DNA of 63,908 bases, the filler included, from Craspedostauros australis (Eukaryota), in the NCBI GenBank assembly GCA_030167865.1. It is 13 parts of 13 records of this genome, joined end to end, with 100 filler letters (N's around TTAATTAATTAA, not from the genome) between each part and the next. Parts side by side here need not be neighbours in the genome. Positions count along the whole stretch, not along the records: positions 11,253 to 19,574 come from JALAGF010005211.1; positions 19,675 to 30,914 come from JALAGF010005212.1; 11 more parts are not named here. One strand, given 5' to 3'. The position numbers were made by a program, and so were the translations under genes. The notes beneath the pieces are model-generated. The model did no database searches, was not told where the DNA came from, and worked only from the letters and a program-made list of their open reading frames with translations. Positions 12,400 to 24,241 of this stretch are shown here, one piece after another; position 1 is the first letter of the stretch, and each line of letters begins with the position of its first letter.

Positions 12400-15300
12400 G
12401 AAAGCAACAGGCCAGGATCTCACCAACAAAAAAGGCGGTGTCAACTTGTCCCACAGAGAATGAGAACTGTTGGATTTGGAGCCACCAGCGGGAGCGAAAA
12501 TGGGGTGACATCCTCCAGGAACGCAACCTGCTGATCAGAGGGTCTGAACCCTTTGTGCACATGATGGGGGAAGAAGGNGCNATGGATGAAGTGCTGGCAT
12601 TTGTGAAGGACCTGGACAGGGCCCCTGAAAGAGGGNGCCTCTCTTGATGACTGGACGGGCATGTTTCACNATGTGTNCTTCAACAAGATGTCCGCAGGCA
12701 TGAACCTGCACATGGTCAAGCTGAGGGTCAGACTGGTTGCCACCTCCAACAAATTCTCTGGAGGGCTGTGGAAGTCCGAGCAGATCAAGGCAACACACAA
12801 GACAGCAGCNNNNNNNNNNNNNNNNNNNNNNNNNNNNNNNNNNNNNNNNNNNNNNNNNNGGTCTGAACCCTTTGTGCACATGATGGGGGAAGAAGGCGCT
12901 ATGGATGAAGTGCTGGCATTTGTGAAGGACCTGGACAGGGCCCCTGAAAGAGGGCGCCTCTCTTGATGACTGGACGGGCATGTTTCACAATGTGTACTTC
13001 AACAAGATGTCCGCAGGCATGAACCTGCACATGGTCAAGCTGAGNGTCAGACTGGTTGCCACCTCCAACAAATTCTCNGGAGGGCTGTGGAAGTCCNAGC
13101 AGATCAAGGCAACACACAAGACAGCAGCATGGATTGGTGTGAGGATGGCACTCATGATGGTCAAAGGCATGCCTCTGGACAACAAAAAAGAAGAACAGGC
13201 AAAATCCCCCAACCTGGTGGCAAAACAAGAAACAGTGAAAACTAAGACACAAGGTTGTGACGTTTCCGCACAAGCAGCCAAAACCGCAAGACCTCCACAG
13301 TGTGAATGATGTGATCAGCAAGTACCACAANNNNNNNNNNNNNNNNNNNNNNNNNNNNNNNNNNNNNNNNNNNNNNNNNNNNNNNNNNNNNNNNNNNNNN
13401 NNNNNNNNNNNNNNNNNNNNNNNNNNNNNNNNNNNNNNNNNNNNNNNNNNNNNNNNNNNNNNNNNNNNNNNNNNNNNNNNNNNNNNNNNNNNNNNNNNNN
13501 NNGTACCATGGTCCACAAGGGAGACCCTGAAACAAATTGTGGAGAGTCTCTATGCAAAGACGGGATCCATGATGTACAGCAGACTGTGGGTTGCTCATAA
13601 GCAGGAGATTGAAGCATTCGACGATGACAGTCCCCTGAGCATGGCAGCCATTCATTTTCGCAAGTCAGACATCCAGGAGCACAACATCGTTGCAGCCAGC
13701 TGGTTGTTTGGGAGCCACAGCACTACCAACACTGATGATCTGACCAAGGCAATCAACATGAGCNAACTNGTCCAAAACAAGTTCACAGTNCAGTTGAGGA
13801 TCCAGGAGATTCACCTTGTGAGAAAGCAAGGGCAACACCAGGTAGAAGGCGAAGACTACCGCAACAGACCGAGAGCGACACACGTCATGTGCGGAGAGTC
13901 GTGCTCGTTCCAATACCGAACAGACACGAAAGAACTCTTCAACAACTGTGCCAAAAAGGTCCGGTTGCTTGACAAGCAGATGCGGTTCATGCCTGACATG
14001 CTGAACCAAAGATTCCACCACCCCCTGGAGAACTTGCTAGTCTGAGCTCCATGGCAGCCCACCAGGTTCAATTCGAGAAGACTATGAAAACCCAAGGAGT
14101 GTACTTGATTGAACAGCTCGATGTGGAGTTGCCTATTTGGAATCTGACCCTGAGGGAGGTGATCATGAACCTCAGATCGTCCAGGAACCCAGACTTCGCT
14201 CTCTTCATGTCGATTGACACAGGCAGGATGGACCGCAACAGAACTGTCTTCGTATTCCATCCCAAACGGAGAATCTAAGTGCTGGGACCCATTTCGAAGC
14301 TCACCTTTTGCAGCAAGAAGCTTGACCATAATTGTCAAGGGTGGTTCACACGAGAGGTGTGGCCACAGAACCAGTATTATGAAGTAGACTGGGAGACAGG
14401 CCTCATTCGGAGCAAGGAGGAAATGGGAGATGGGGCAGCTGGTTCAAGCTGGTGGCAACTTCCTCGACCTCGATCCAGAGGAAATGGTGGGGCTCACCCC
14501 AGCGGACGTGGGGTGGGAAGGATACGTGGATAAGGACGGGAACATGAAACCTGTCCTGCTGTTGAAGTTTGAAGTGCAAATGGAAAGCAACCCCCACACA
14601 CAAAAACGGGGACAACAACACCGTAGGCACATTTGCGATGGCATCAGTGGTCCAACAAGCTGATCACATCGCGCAAGCCATCACGCGTACATCCCACCAC
14701 AAGACTGCCAACCCAGGTAGGTTCGCGACGGCCGCCGAAGCAAAACCGGATTTCGACTTGTCTGCCCCAGATAATACCATTCCAGAAGGAGATGACATGA
14801 GTGATGACAACAGTGACGACAGCGAGGAGGACAGCGAAGAAGATAGCAAGGATGGTAGCAGCAAAGAAGTGCATGAAAAGCAGGCATCCAAGTTAGTGGC
14901 CAAGAACAGCAGTGATGCCAAATCAGGTGGGTCCAACCTCATGGACACCAACAACCCAACAGGCAGCGTCCCCCAGAACGCAAGCCAAGAGTAAATAAAG
15001 TAAGAGTGACTAGTAAATACGTGGGAAGGAAGGGACTCAGCAAAAATCCAGCGACAAAGAAACCACAGGCACAGCCCCAACGAGAACGGCAGAAAACAAG
15101 CCAACACTATCAACAGGCAACAATAGGAACAGCAACAGCAGAGACACCAAAACACAACTCAGTCGAGCGCGCGACAACAACAGCAGCGACAACCATCTCA
15201 ACAGGCGGGAACACAGCGAAGGACCCAACAATACACACAGTATCCCCACCACCAACAGTAGCCACAGAGCCAACAGAATAAACAACAACAATGAAGAAAC

Positions 15301-15424
15301 AACGAGAAACGGCAAAGAGCACAATGGCAACAACAGAACCAGCAACAGTGACGTCAGCAGCACCTGTAACAGCTTGTAAAGAAAATACAAAAGTGCAGGG
15401 CACAACATCTACTACAACAAGACC

Positions 15425-15467
<43 letters not shown>

Positions 15468-16030
15468 TCAAACGCATGAGGGCTATCCAAAGAAGTAGGC
15501 CCACCATGCAGAGCCAGCAACCAACACCGAACGCAGGTGAATCACTGGGCGTAGGCAGTATGACAAGGCACCGCCGCTCGCCCGAAGAAATGGCAACATC
15601 AACAGCGAACAGCCACAACTTCAGGAGGAACACGAACCCACGCACAGCCAAGGCAGCTCAACCACCTAAAATACCCAGAATGACAAGGACGGAAGCAGAC
15701 CTGGCACAGGTCAGTGCTGCGGAACTCTAACGACATGACAAGGACCACACCAAAGTAAGTGGGCAAAACTATGCTTGTGGGGATGTGATGGCACACAAAT
15801 CCACCAAATCAATACGGATCGTGTTCCAGAACGTCTCTCAACCCCCACTTCTTGCATGCCAACTCAAGAACAAAGTTATCCTGGACTTTACAAAGCAAAG
15901 CGAAGTGGATATGCTATGCATGGCCAAGATAAATTTCAATTGGGACCATGTGCGCGCGGGTGACCAGTGGCAGGAACGGACCAGGCAAGCCTTACCAAGA
16001 TCGAAGCGTATCTTTGCCTATAACACCCTC
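12400..16030 (+). mobile_element. Decayed 5' portion of an Ambal-like non-LTR retrotransposon (ORF1, A/C-rich spacer, start of the APE endonuclease)
   Basis: 15785-16025 encodes KSTKSIRIVFQNV...KNK...EVDMLCMAKINFNW...WQERT...AYN. This aligns by eye with KSTSAIRLAAPNV...KNK...KIDVAMLSEIGINW...WKERT...AHN at 36950-37180. The upstream broken ORF (SWLFGSH...QLRIQEI...ATHVMC...MRFMPD) is in the ORF1 position. Confidence 0.7.
15426..15467 (+). repeat. (ACA)n microsatellite
   Basis: Direct reading of the CAA/ACA triplet run. Confidence 0.95.
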
Positions 16031-17049
16031 ATGACAGAATGGGCAACACACAGACCCACAGTAGCAACGCCTACGAGGAGAAGGAAACGAAGCTTATTAG
16101 TAGAATTAGAAAAAGTATTAGCATCAAGGAAATAGAGGTGGAGAGGGGACAGGTGTGATGCCATCAGATGATGATGGGTGTTCGACAACAACGCAAACCT
16201 CTGTTGCTCGGTTTTGTGGGTTGCGACCAGTCACGCCACTGGCCACTCGTTGGTTTTAGAAACTGTAGCGTTGGGAGCATTGCCGATACTCCCGGGATCA
16301 CGCAAACACGAGTCATTCTGGCCAGAAAAACAGCAAAAACTCTACAACTAGTGCTATCGGTTTGCCGAGTGAGTGAGGTGGAAGGTAGGATCAACGCAAC
16401 TGCAATGTACACATAGATCACTCCATAAAACTTAAAATGAAACCAAGTAGAAACTGAAAGGGCCCACCATATGTAAATAGACTACGAGGATTATGTATAT
16501 GCAATTAATTTTAAAATCCCAGAAATTTGATTAGGCTCTTGATTGCAAACAGTTGGTCGACTCACTGATCGGGCTCTTAGTGCCAATTCCCGAATCTGGC
16601 CGAATCCGAACAATGGGTGTCGATGGACAGACGATACCGCACAAACAACGAGCAGGATCCACACTGAGCAAATGACCGCCCTGCACGGACATAATTTTTC
16701 AGAACAGACAGGTTTCACCCCCCAATAGAGACTTCCTGAAACCCGAAAATTAAATCGTACGGACAACTCATAACCCAATACTGCGACATTTCGAGCCGGC
16801 CATGCCCAAAAACATTTTCGGGAAATGGCCATCTGGGGCTCTTTTTTTCGGGTTGGAGGAAGATCCCGAAATACCTTGTGTCCCGTGAAGCATCAACTTC
16901 CACGCGGAATCCATTCACAGCCCAAGGATCCACCAATAAAATACGCTTATTCGGAGGCTACCACGTTCTATGTAAAAAACTAGATCGGTACCTTGATTGC
17001 TAGTGCTATCGTTGGAACACTAAATATATGCTTTCCTATACTTCATCAT

Positions 17050-17290
17050 CTTCCGTGGTAGATGTCCCAAATTGCTTTGCAGATATGGACTCCTCAAAAC
17101 TTGAAGATCCGTTGCACCCTCTTGGGCGTGTTTCTATCTAGGTCAGTAATTTTATTTGTGGCCTTAAAGTGGCAGCAATATTGGCAAAGTCGTTTCTTGC
17201 CATCATCCTCGATGATGTGTTTGCGGTCTTCGTACACGACCATTAACCTTTCCTCGCTCAACACTGGTTGAGTGCTGCTCATCCTCCTCT
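17050..17290 (-). pseudogene. Possible remnant of a piggyBac-type C-terminal Cys-rich domain
   Basis: Translation KRLCQYCCHF...KRVQRIFKF*GVHICKAIWDIYHGR resembles the CxxC...C..C.V.LC..C...(F/Y)H tail of piggyBac transposases, with some Cys lost. Confidence 0.4.
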
Positions 17291-17881
17291 TCGTTCTTGC
17301 AGATGGAAACCTCTGGAAGAGGAAAGAAATGTATCCCCGAAGGCAAAAGACAACGACAGTTCCACCGGCTTTGCTGCGACAATCTACGTGCCACTGAACA
17401 TTTTCATTCCAGTCCCGCAGTCTAAATTCAATTCACGAGTACTTCAGGCTCGATAAGCAATAAGATGGCAGTAAGAAGTATAACACTTAAACATATAGTT
17501 GGAAAGCTGTGCTCAAGGGATTTCGAAAGATGTGAATAAAGTGTCATTGTACACGTAGAGTTGTCGTCAAAAATCACAATAACTGAAACTGAAAATGTTC
17601 TACAATATATCATATCGTCTAGTTCAGAAAGGGACAAACAAGTCGACAATCTCAATGGCAACGCCTCCGACGCAGATGAACAAAACGGATGAGACGGGTA
17701 CAGCTCAGGGATGCCGATGTGGATGTGAGGAACAAAATGTGGTAGGAGGTTGGATGAATGAGATGAAGGAGCACAGGAACCATTTAGAAATTACAATTCT
17801 CTTGCTAGTCTTGCATACGACCCCCTTGATTCGAACATTAGTTCACGGTCGGTGACGTCGGACATGTTTCGGGCCGTTATA

Positions 17882-18625
17882 TCCATAATGACGTTTTTCT
17901 TGCGTCCGGACGCATTCTCTACGTAGCTTGCGTCCGGACGCAAATTGAACGCTCAGTTTGCGTCCGGACGCAAATNNNNNNNNNNNNNNNNNNGACGCAA
18001 ATGCAAGCTCGCCGAAAATACCACTTGTACTACTTAAGTCCCATGTTCCTCCACGATGTCCCGTGTTGCAGAAAAAAAAACCGATTTCGGTCCGAAACCC
18101 GAAAGTGGGTTGTTTTTTTTCTGACTCCTTCGAGTAACACATTTATTTGGCGATTTTAAAAAAAAAAACCACGATACAGCACGGCGTCATTGGTCATGTC
18201 TCAGGGGTTCCTTTCCGTGCGCCTGTCTTGCTTTTCTGACGTCATGGGATCTGAGGTAATGAGCTTTTACTTTTTGATTTCGATGTCATCCACCACGATC
18301 CTGCCAACAACACCAAAATCCTGGCAACGGTGTAACACAACAAGGAGGGTGGAGCACGAATCATGATTATTGTTTGTTCAATTACCACAACTTTAGCGAT
18401 TATTATCAATGTAAGACATGAGTCATGTCGTGAGTCGAGATGGCCAGCGAAAAAGGGTTTGAAAAAAAAACGGCTTCTCGTAAAGCGTATTTGGGCTAGT
18501 CCTTTGAGTCGCTGCTTGCGTCCGGACGCAAATTGGCCCAATTTGCGTGGGGACGCAAACTGCACCTCCAATTTGCGTCCGGACGCAAGCTACGTAGGCC
18601 AGTACCAGGCCAAAATCATTATGGA
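17882..18625. mobile_element. MITE-like element with TA flanks and subterminal palindrome arrays
   Basis: Ends read TA|TCCATAATGA ... TCATTATGGA|TA. The palindrome TTGCGTCCGGACGCAA occurs at 17928, 17958, 18516 and 18573, with variants at 17900 and 18543. Confidence 0.8.
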
Positions 18626-18700
18626 TATGTAGACGTTATTGATAGTCACAGTGCGTGTCGTTTCGGGAAACTGGTTTCGGGTTTCAGGAAGTCTCTAATA

Positions 18701-19024
18701 CCTCCGGTCACGTGAAAAACCTGCACAAGAACAGCAAAGGGTTAAATTGGATCGATGTAGTCGGAAGCAAGAGGCTGAAACCTGAAAGAGATCGAAAATT
18801 GCGCATATCCATCGGTCCATAAAACTTAAAATAGGATATACATCAAAAATCGATCTGTTTTTTATTTGTATTAGATCTACAAGGATGTGAATATGCGCTT
18901 GGTTTGGATGTAGGAGAGATAAAGTTTGGAGGTCTATTTCAAACGGTTGGTCGACTCACTCACATGGGTCCTATTGGACAAGACCAGATGACCGCACTGT
19001 GCAGGTTTTTCACGTGACCGGAGG
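18701..19024. mobile_element. 324-bp MITE with perfect 27-bp TIRs
   Basis: CCTCCGGTCACGTGAAAAACCTGCACA (18701-18727) and its exact reverse complement (18998-19024). Flanked by TA on the left and TG on the right. The empty site is visible in the homologous arm near 16722-16735. Confidence 0.85.
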
Positions 19025-19674
19025 TGTTGGGGGGTGAAACCTGTCTGTTCTGAAAATTTATGACTGTGCGGAGCGGTCATTTGCTCAACGTGGATCCTAC
19101 ACGTGGTTTGTGCGGTATCGTCTGTCCATCGACACTCATTGTTCGGATTCGGCCAGATTCGGGAATTGGCACTAAATCTGCACACGCACCGGTCGATCGC
19201 CAGACGGTACGACCCAAATGATCCCAACACTCGTCACACATTTACAAATGTGTGACGTGTGTCCTCGCAGACGGACAAAGGCCAGACTGTGACACAGCCA
19301 ACCTCAAAACTTGTTCTGGCGGCACACGGAATGACGATCGTTGTGCGTGGGCTTCTGTTCGCATCAAAGCGCTTCGAAACCCGAAACCCGCGCCGCCGGA
19401 AATGGCAAGAATTGCCACCACCACAACAACAAGGGGGAAGACGCCACCGAATCAGAAGACAGCGCAACAAAACCTGAGTGTTGCGCGAATCTGGTCTGTG
19501 CGGGTGGCACAGCACAAAGACGCACAAACAGATTCGAACAGACACGAAGTTGAGGAGACCAAGAACAACAAGCCNNNNNNNNNNNNNNNNNNNNNNNNNN
19601 NNNNNNNNNNNNNNNNNNTTAATTAATTAANNNNNNNNNNNNNNNNNNNNNNNNNNNNNNNNNNNNNNNNNNNN

Positions 19675-20891
19675 TTCTGAAGTATAGCCTCAGGGCATTG
19701 GAAGTGGTAGTGTAGTCGCCAATGATCCTGGCATTTGCAGGGCCCACTGAGATTGGCTTCCCCTTGAGCTTGGAGGTTCAGATCACATCATTTATCTTTC
19801 CAGTTCTGGCTGAGTGTGCAGAGAAGTATCTGAGAGGGTAGCCTGCATGGTAGCACAGCTTAGCAAGGCTGTTGCAGNNNNNNNNNNNNNNNNNNNNNNN
19901 NNNNNNNNNNNNNNNNNNNNNNNNNNNAGTGTGCAGAGAAGTATCTGAGAGGGTAGCCTGCATGGTAGCACAGCTTAGCAAGGCTGTTGCAGATTGTTTC
20001 AGTGTTTGCAACTCCAAACAGGTAGCCTGGATGCTTCTACTTCTGCATGCTGTATGCCCTGAGATACCTCCTCATGGCCACTGAGGCTTCAACACTCAGC
20101 ACTGCCTCCCTGGGGGTCATGTCTGTCTCAGCTCTCTTCTGTGATTTGAAATAGATCACATACTGCTTGGTGGTCTTGTTGTAGGATGGCCACTTCATAG
20201 CCTTGCTGACTGCTGCCTTGCCTCTTGCTCCAGTTTCAAATAGGAAGAAGAGCAAAGCAATATCCCTGCAACCAGCTGGGGTGAGTGGTGCAGCTTGTTG
20301 GAGCCTCATGATGTCTGGTCAAGTGAGGGGCTCTGATCTCTGGACATTCTGGGCTGGTCTGATGTTGATTCGTTTGAGGTTGTGGTAGATGATGGAGAAT
20401 GTAGATGAGCTTTCAGACAGTGCCGTGAGCCCTGTAGCTGCGTTGTGGATATTGCTCCAGGAGGGGAACCTCTTGTGGATCTCATTATAAGCCCTCTTTG
20501 CATCCTTGGCCACAATGGTGTGGAGGCTGATGATTGGCACCCTGTAGAGAACAGCCCATGTGATGTACAGGGAAAGGCAAGCTCCCAGGTGATCTCCAGG
20601 GAACACTGCCTCCCAGGTCTCATGTAGGGTGAAGTCCATTGGCTCTCTGGCTGGGTCGTGGTCTGGCCTGTCATCTGGTTGGTCTTCATCTTCTTGACTG
20701 GTGTGAACGAAGAAAGCAGCCACTAGCTTCTCCATTCTGTTCAACTCTTGTTTTTCCTTGGGTGTGAGATACATCTGAGGATTTTGCATCACTGTATTGA
20801 AGAAGTTGAGCATACCATCTGTACCTGGAAGCCTCTGGTCTGGTGGCACATCAGTGACATCCATAGTGGCAGTGTTGTTTTGTTGTGCCAT
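19675..20891 (-). pseudogene. Tyrosine recombinase family, copy 1 (in-frame stops, 3' end lost at scaffold edge)
   Basis: Motifs RDIALLFFLFETGARG, YFKSQKR, AGYPLRYFSAHSARTG and RIIGDYTTTSNALRLYF. Stops at about 20320, 20038 and 19779. Confidence 0.88.
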
Positions 20892-21014
20892 GATGACTTC
20901 TGGATTGAAATGTGCCTGTTGGTTGCTATTGGATAGAAGCAACCTGGCTGGTTCCAGGGTGGTAGGGATGAAGGTGGATGGCTTGTTGCTGGATGGATGT
21001 AGTGGCTGGGCAAG

Positions 21015-21222
21015 AGCTGGGATGGCTTGATGCTGGATGGACTCAAGCTGGGATGGTCAGTGGTGACTGTACACAAGCTGGGATGGCTTGATACTGCATG
21101 GAGACGAGCTGGGATGGCTTGATACTGGATGGAGACGAGCTGGGATGGCTTGATACTGGATGGGGATGAGCTGGGATGGTCAGTGGTGCCTGTACACAAG
21201 CTGGGATGGCTTGATACTGGAC
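21015..21222. repeat. Minisatellite-like tandem repeats (core GCTGGGATGGCTTGATACTG) upstream of YR copy 1
   Basis: About eight GCTGGGATGG-anchored units, with a higher-order duplication (TCAGTGGTG.CTGTACACAAG occurs twice). Confidence 0.85.
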
Positions 21223-21900
21223 GGAGGCTGTCCCAAGCCTGCTTCGCGTTTCCGGTTGGATGGTCGTTGTTCCATGAGTTGTTGAAGATCTCTGAGGCTA
21301 CCTTTCCGGCATCAGTTGAAGTGTCAATACACATCAGCAAGAAGTTGAAGGACTTCTTTGCCCTCTTGTAGTCCGCCTTGGTCTCTGCTGTTGATCCTGA
21401 GAGCTTCACCATCGCTGCAGTTGGGATTTCATCGATCCCAAGGTAGATGTTGTCCAGGTCCAGCAATGATGCATTCGCCATGAAGCGCATCTCCCAGTAA
21501 CGCCAACCATCCTGCTTTCCATCGAATAGAATCACTCGGAGAGATGTTTCTCCTGTCGTAGATGTTTCAGTCATCATGGTGTTGATCACTTGCTGTCTTG
21601 CTTCGATTCTTTTCCTCCTGCTTGCTCACTGACTTGCTCAGTTGATTGCTTGCTTCTCTCTGTCTCACTGACTCGTTTTCAGTGAAGTGCCAGCTTCTCT
21701 TGGGTATTCCTCTTTCCTGTTGTCTGATCTTGTATTCAGATCAATTCGGATGTGACTGTCTCTCTCTTGTTCTGGATCTGTACTGATGTTGGTTCAGTTA
21801 CAATCCCTGCTCAGCTTCCAACTGTCTTGGGCTGATCTTGTCTGTCCTGAAGTGGTTTCTTTTCTGCCACTTCGAAGTGTGTTAAGAAATCCACTTGGCG
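21223..21900 (-). mobile_element. Ty1/copia gag N-terminus with 5' leader, truncated
   Basis: LRVILFDGKQDGWRYWEMRFMANA...GKVASEIF...PTGNAKQAWDSL fits a copia gag pattern. It ends abruptly at the minisatellite. Confidence 0.75.
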
Positions 21901-22340
21901 TAAATTGAGAGTCCTTGTTTCACACAAATTGTGCTGTATTTTTATTTTGTTTTGTTGTTGTTCTTGTTTGTTGTTCTCGATGGCAAATTATGAGACCAAG
22001 ATTTCCATCTTGTCACACAATTTCCCATCTCCACTTTTGCATTCATACTCTACATTCATTGTTCCACTTGTAAAATTCTCTTCACCTGTTGTGCCACTGA
22101 CATGCTGCTGATCTTCATTTGGTATGGCATTACCTTGCTGCTGATCTTCATGCGGTTTCATAGTATCTGTGATTCCCAGCACAGAATCACTTGCCCCATC
22201 AACAGGAGATTGACTGTGAGCCACTCCATCGATCTGTCACCCACAACAAGCAAAGCTGATCCTAGCTGAACCACCATTGCAATACACCACACTGGAACAC
22301 ATCACAACGTATCGCAACAAGCCACACCAAGTTGCATCAC

Positions 22341-22413
22341 AACACAAACACAAACACAAACACAAACACAAACACAAACACAAACACAAACACAAACACA
22401 AACACAAACACAA
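22341..22413 (+). repeat. (CAAACA)n microsatellite upstream of YR copy 2
   Basis: Direct reading; it produces the spurious HKHKHK stretch in the ORF track. Confidence 0.95.
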
Positions 22414-22444
22414 CACGGCATATCACAGCACAGTACATCACACC

Positions 22445-24241
22445 ATGACTGACTGCAACACCAATGCCAACATGGCTGAAAAAGCCAACAATGCCAACCC
22501 AAGGGATGATGATATCATGCGTGAGTTGCTGGATGATCTCTTTCCAGACACTCACACCATGTTTGGCTTCTTTAACATGGTGAGGGTTGATCCACAAATC
22601 TTTCTGCGCCCCAAGGAGAAGCAAGAACTCCACAGGATGCGCAAGCTGATTGATGACTTCTTTGAGCACAACGACTGGGAAGATATTGTCTTCAAAGACC
22701 ATCGAGCAGACAACAATCCCAACCGGGATCCTGTGGACTTCACCAAGCAGCAAACATGGGAGACAATGTTCCCCAATGATGCATTGGGTTCCTGTCTGGC
22801 ACTCTACATCACCTGGGTGGTACTCTATCGTGTACCAACAATAAGCCTGCTGACCATCGTGGCCAAGGATGCTCAGATGGCCTTCCATGAGATCACTCAA
22901 CGCTTCAAGGGTTGGACCGACACCTACAACGCGGCTGCAGGCCTCAAGCAGCTTGGAAAGGACTCTGAACACTTTGCCATCGTTTACACGAACCTCAAGC
23001 GGATCTGCATCAGGTCAGCACAGAATGTGCAACGAGCAGAGCCAATCACCCTCCCTGACATCCGGCGTCTACAGCTTGCAACACACCCAACACCAAATGG
23101 GTACTGTGACATTGCTCTTCTCTACTTCCTCTTCGAGACAGGAGCAAGAGGAAAGGCCGCGGTGGGCAAGGCAATGAAATGGCCAAAGTACGACCACAAT
23201 ACCAAGCGCTACATCATCTACTTTGCCTCCCAGAAGAAGGCTGAAACAGACATGGCACCGCTAGAGGCTGTACTAACCGAGAAAGCTTCAGTGGCAATGG
23301 CAAGATTCCTCAAAAGCCACAAAAACCAGCTTTGGAAGCATCCGGACAAGCTCTTTGGAGTTGCAAGCACCAAAAGGATCAACAACATCACAAGCAATCT
23401 CTGCCTCCTTGCGGGGTATCCCAAGAGGTTCTTCTCTGCCCACTCGCCTCGCACAGGCCGCATCGATGATGAAATGTGCAAGGCCAAGTTACACAAACTG
23501 CCAATATCCTCTGGTGATGCCGATGCTCGCATCATTGGGGACTATACCACCACCTCCAATGCAATGCACCTCTACTTCCACAGTCTCTCTGACAGAGCTG
23601 ACATGTATGTGGGCCAGATTGACGACATGTCAGAACTGACAGTTGAGCAGCTGCATCCAGAACTCAAGGGGAAGCTTCAGCCCATTGTGAGGCCTCACTT
23701 CCTCAAGTCCAGCAGCGCCATGACTGCAGAGATGCGGGAGCATGACATCAACAATGCTCCCATCCTTTCCAAAAGCCTCTGGTGGTTTGTAGATGGGGAC
23801 AAGGAACATGCGGGGTACGCCGCCAACCTTTTGGTTCTCAATTGTGACAGTTGCATCACGTTTGGTGATGCAGGCTGGCATGTGGAAGTCCACACCAATC
23901 ATCCGATACTTCTCACCAGGAGGCCTCCACACTTGTGTTGTGTGAAACACCTCTATGGTTCGACGAAGTTTGCAGAACTGTGTGACACGTTGCTCCTCTG
24001 GAAGGTTGAAGAAACGTTGAAACCTTGCAGTGATGGGGGGGCCACTGGGTGGATCCTTGTGTGGGGGGCGACACTGGCTCAAGTTTCACTCCAACATATC
24101 CAATGTCGCGGTTGGAGTCACTGTCCACAACATCGGAATCATGGCTTGAAGCATCCGACATGCTCTGGACACTGCTGTCAGTATCCTCTGCAGCATGGGG
24201 TTGAAGCTGGGGTGTGCTTGAGTGCCCTCTGGTGGTTGTGA
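22445..24241 (+). CDS. Tyrosine recombinase (phage-integrase fold), copy 2; open through the catalytic domain, unrelated tail after about 23740
   Basis: DIALLYFLFETGARG (Arg codon 23147), SQKK, FSAHSPRTG (HxxR, His codon 23441), IIGDYTTTSNAMHLYF (Tyr codon 23573). Likely ATG at 22445. Similarity to copy 3 stops after AEMREH. Confidence 0.88.
   Translation: MTDCNTNANMAEKANNANPRDDDIMRELLDDLFPDTHTMFGFFNMVRVDPQIFLRPKEKQELHRMRKLIDDFFEHNDWEDIVFKDHRADNNPNRDPVDFTKQQTWETMFPNDALGSCLALYITWVVLYRVPTISLLTIVAKDAQMAFHEITQRFKGWTDTYNAAAGLKQLGKDSEHFAIVYTNLKRICIRSAQNVQRAEPITLPDIRRLQLATHPTPNGYCDIALLYFLFETGARGKAAVGKAMKWPKYDHNTKRYIIYFASQKKAETDMAPLEAVLTEKASVAMARFLKSHKNQLWKHPDKLFGVASTKRINNITSNLCLLAGYPKRFFSAHSPRTGRIDDEMCKAKLHKLPISSGDADARIIGDYTTTSNAMHLYFHSLSDRADMYVGQIDDMSELTVEQLHPELKGKLQPIVRPHFLKSSSAMTAEMREHDINNAPILSKSLWWFVDGDKEHAGYAANLLVLNCDSCITFGDAGWHVEVHTNHPILLTRRPPHLCCVKHLYGSTKFAELCDTLLLWKVEETLKPCSDGGATGWILVWGATLAQVSLQHIQCRGWSHCPQHRNHGLKHPTCSGHCCQYPLQHGVEAGVCLSALWWL

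Larger units (their letters stand above)
16577..19175. mobile_element. Non-autonomous element with long imperfect inverted arms, carrying nested inserts
   Basis: 16577-16750 (TTAGTGCCAATTCCCGAATCTGGCCGAATCCGAACAATG...AGAGACTTCCTGAAACCCGAAA) is the reverse complement of 18674-18697 plus 19027-19175. The right arm is split by the 18701-19024 insert. Confidence 0.75.

Noticed and set aside
17900..18588. Spaced palindromic repeats as a CRISPR array
   Set aside because: The intervening sequences are only 11-14 bp, and the arrays are mirror-symmetric at two ends, which fits subterminal repeats of a TIR element.
20789..21589. 266-aa ORF as a real gag fusion protein
   Set aside because: It is read-through from truncated gag into the minisatellite, and it is out of frame with the YR coding sequence.
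22277..22444. His/Lys-rich N-terminus of the 654-aa YR ORF
   Set aside because: It is a translation of the (CAAACA)n microsatellite from a TTG start. Homology to the other copies begins after ATG 22445.
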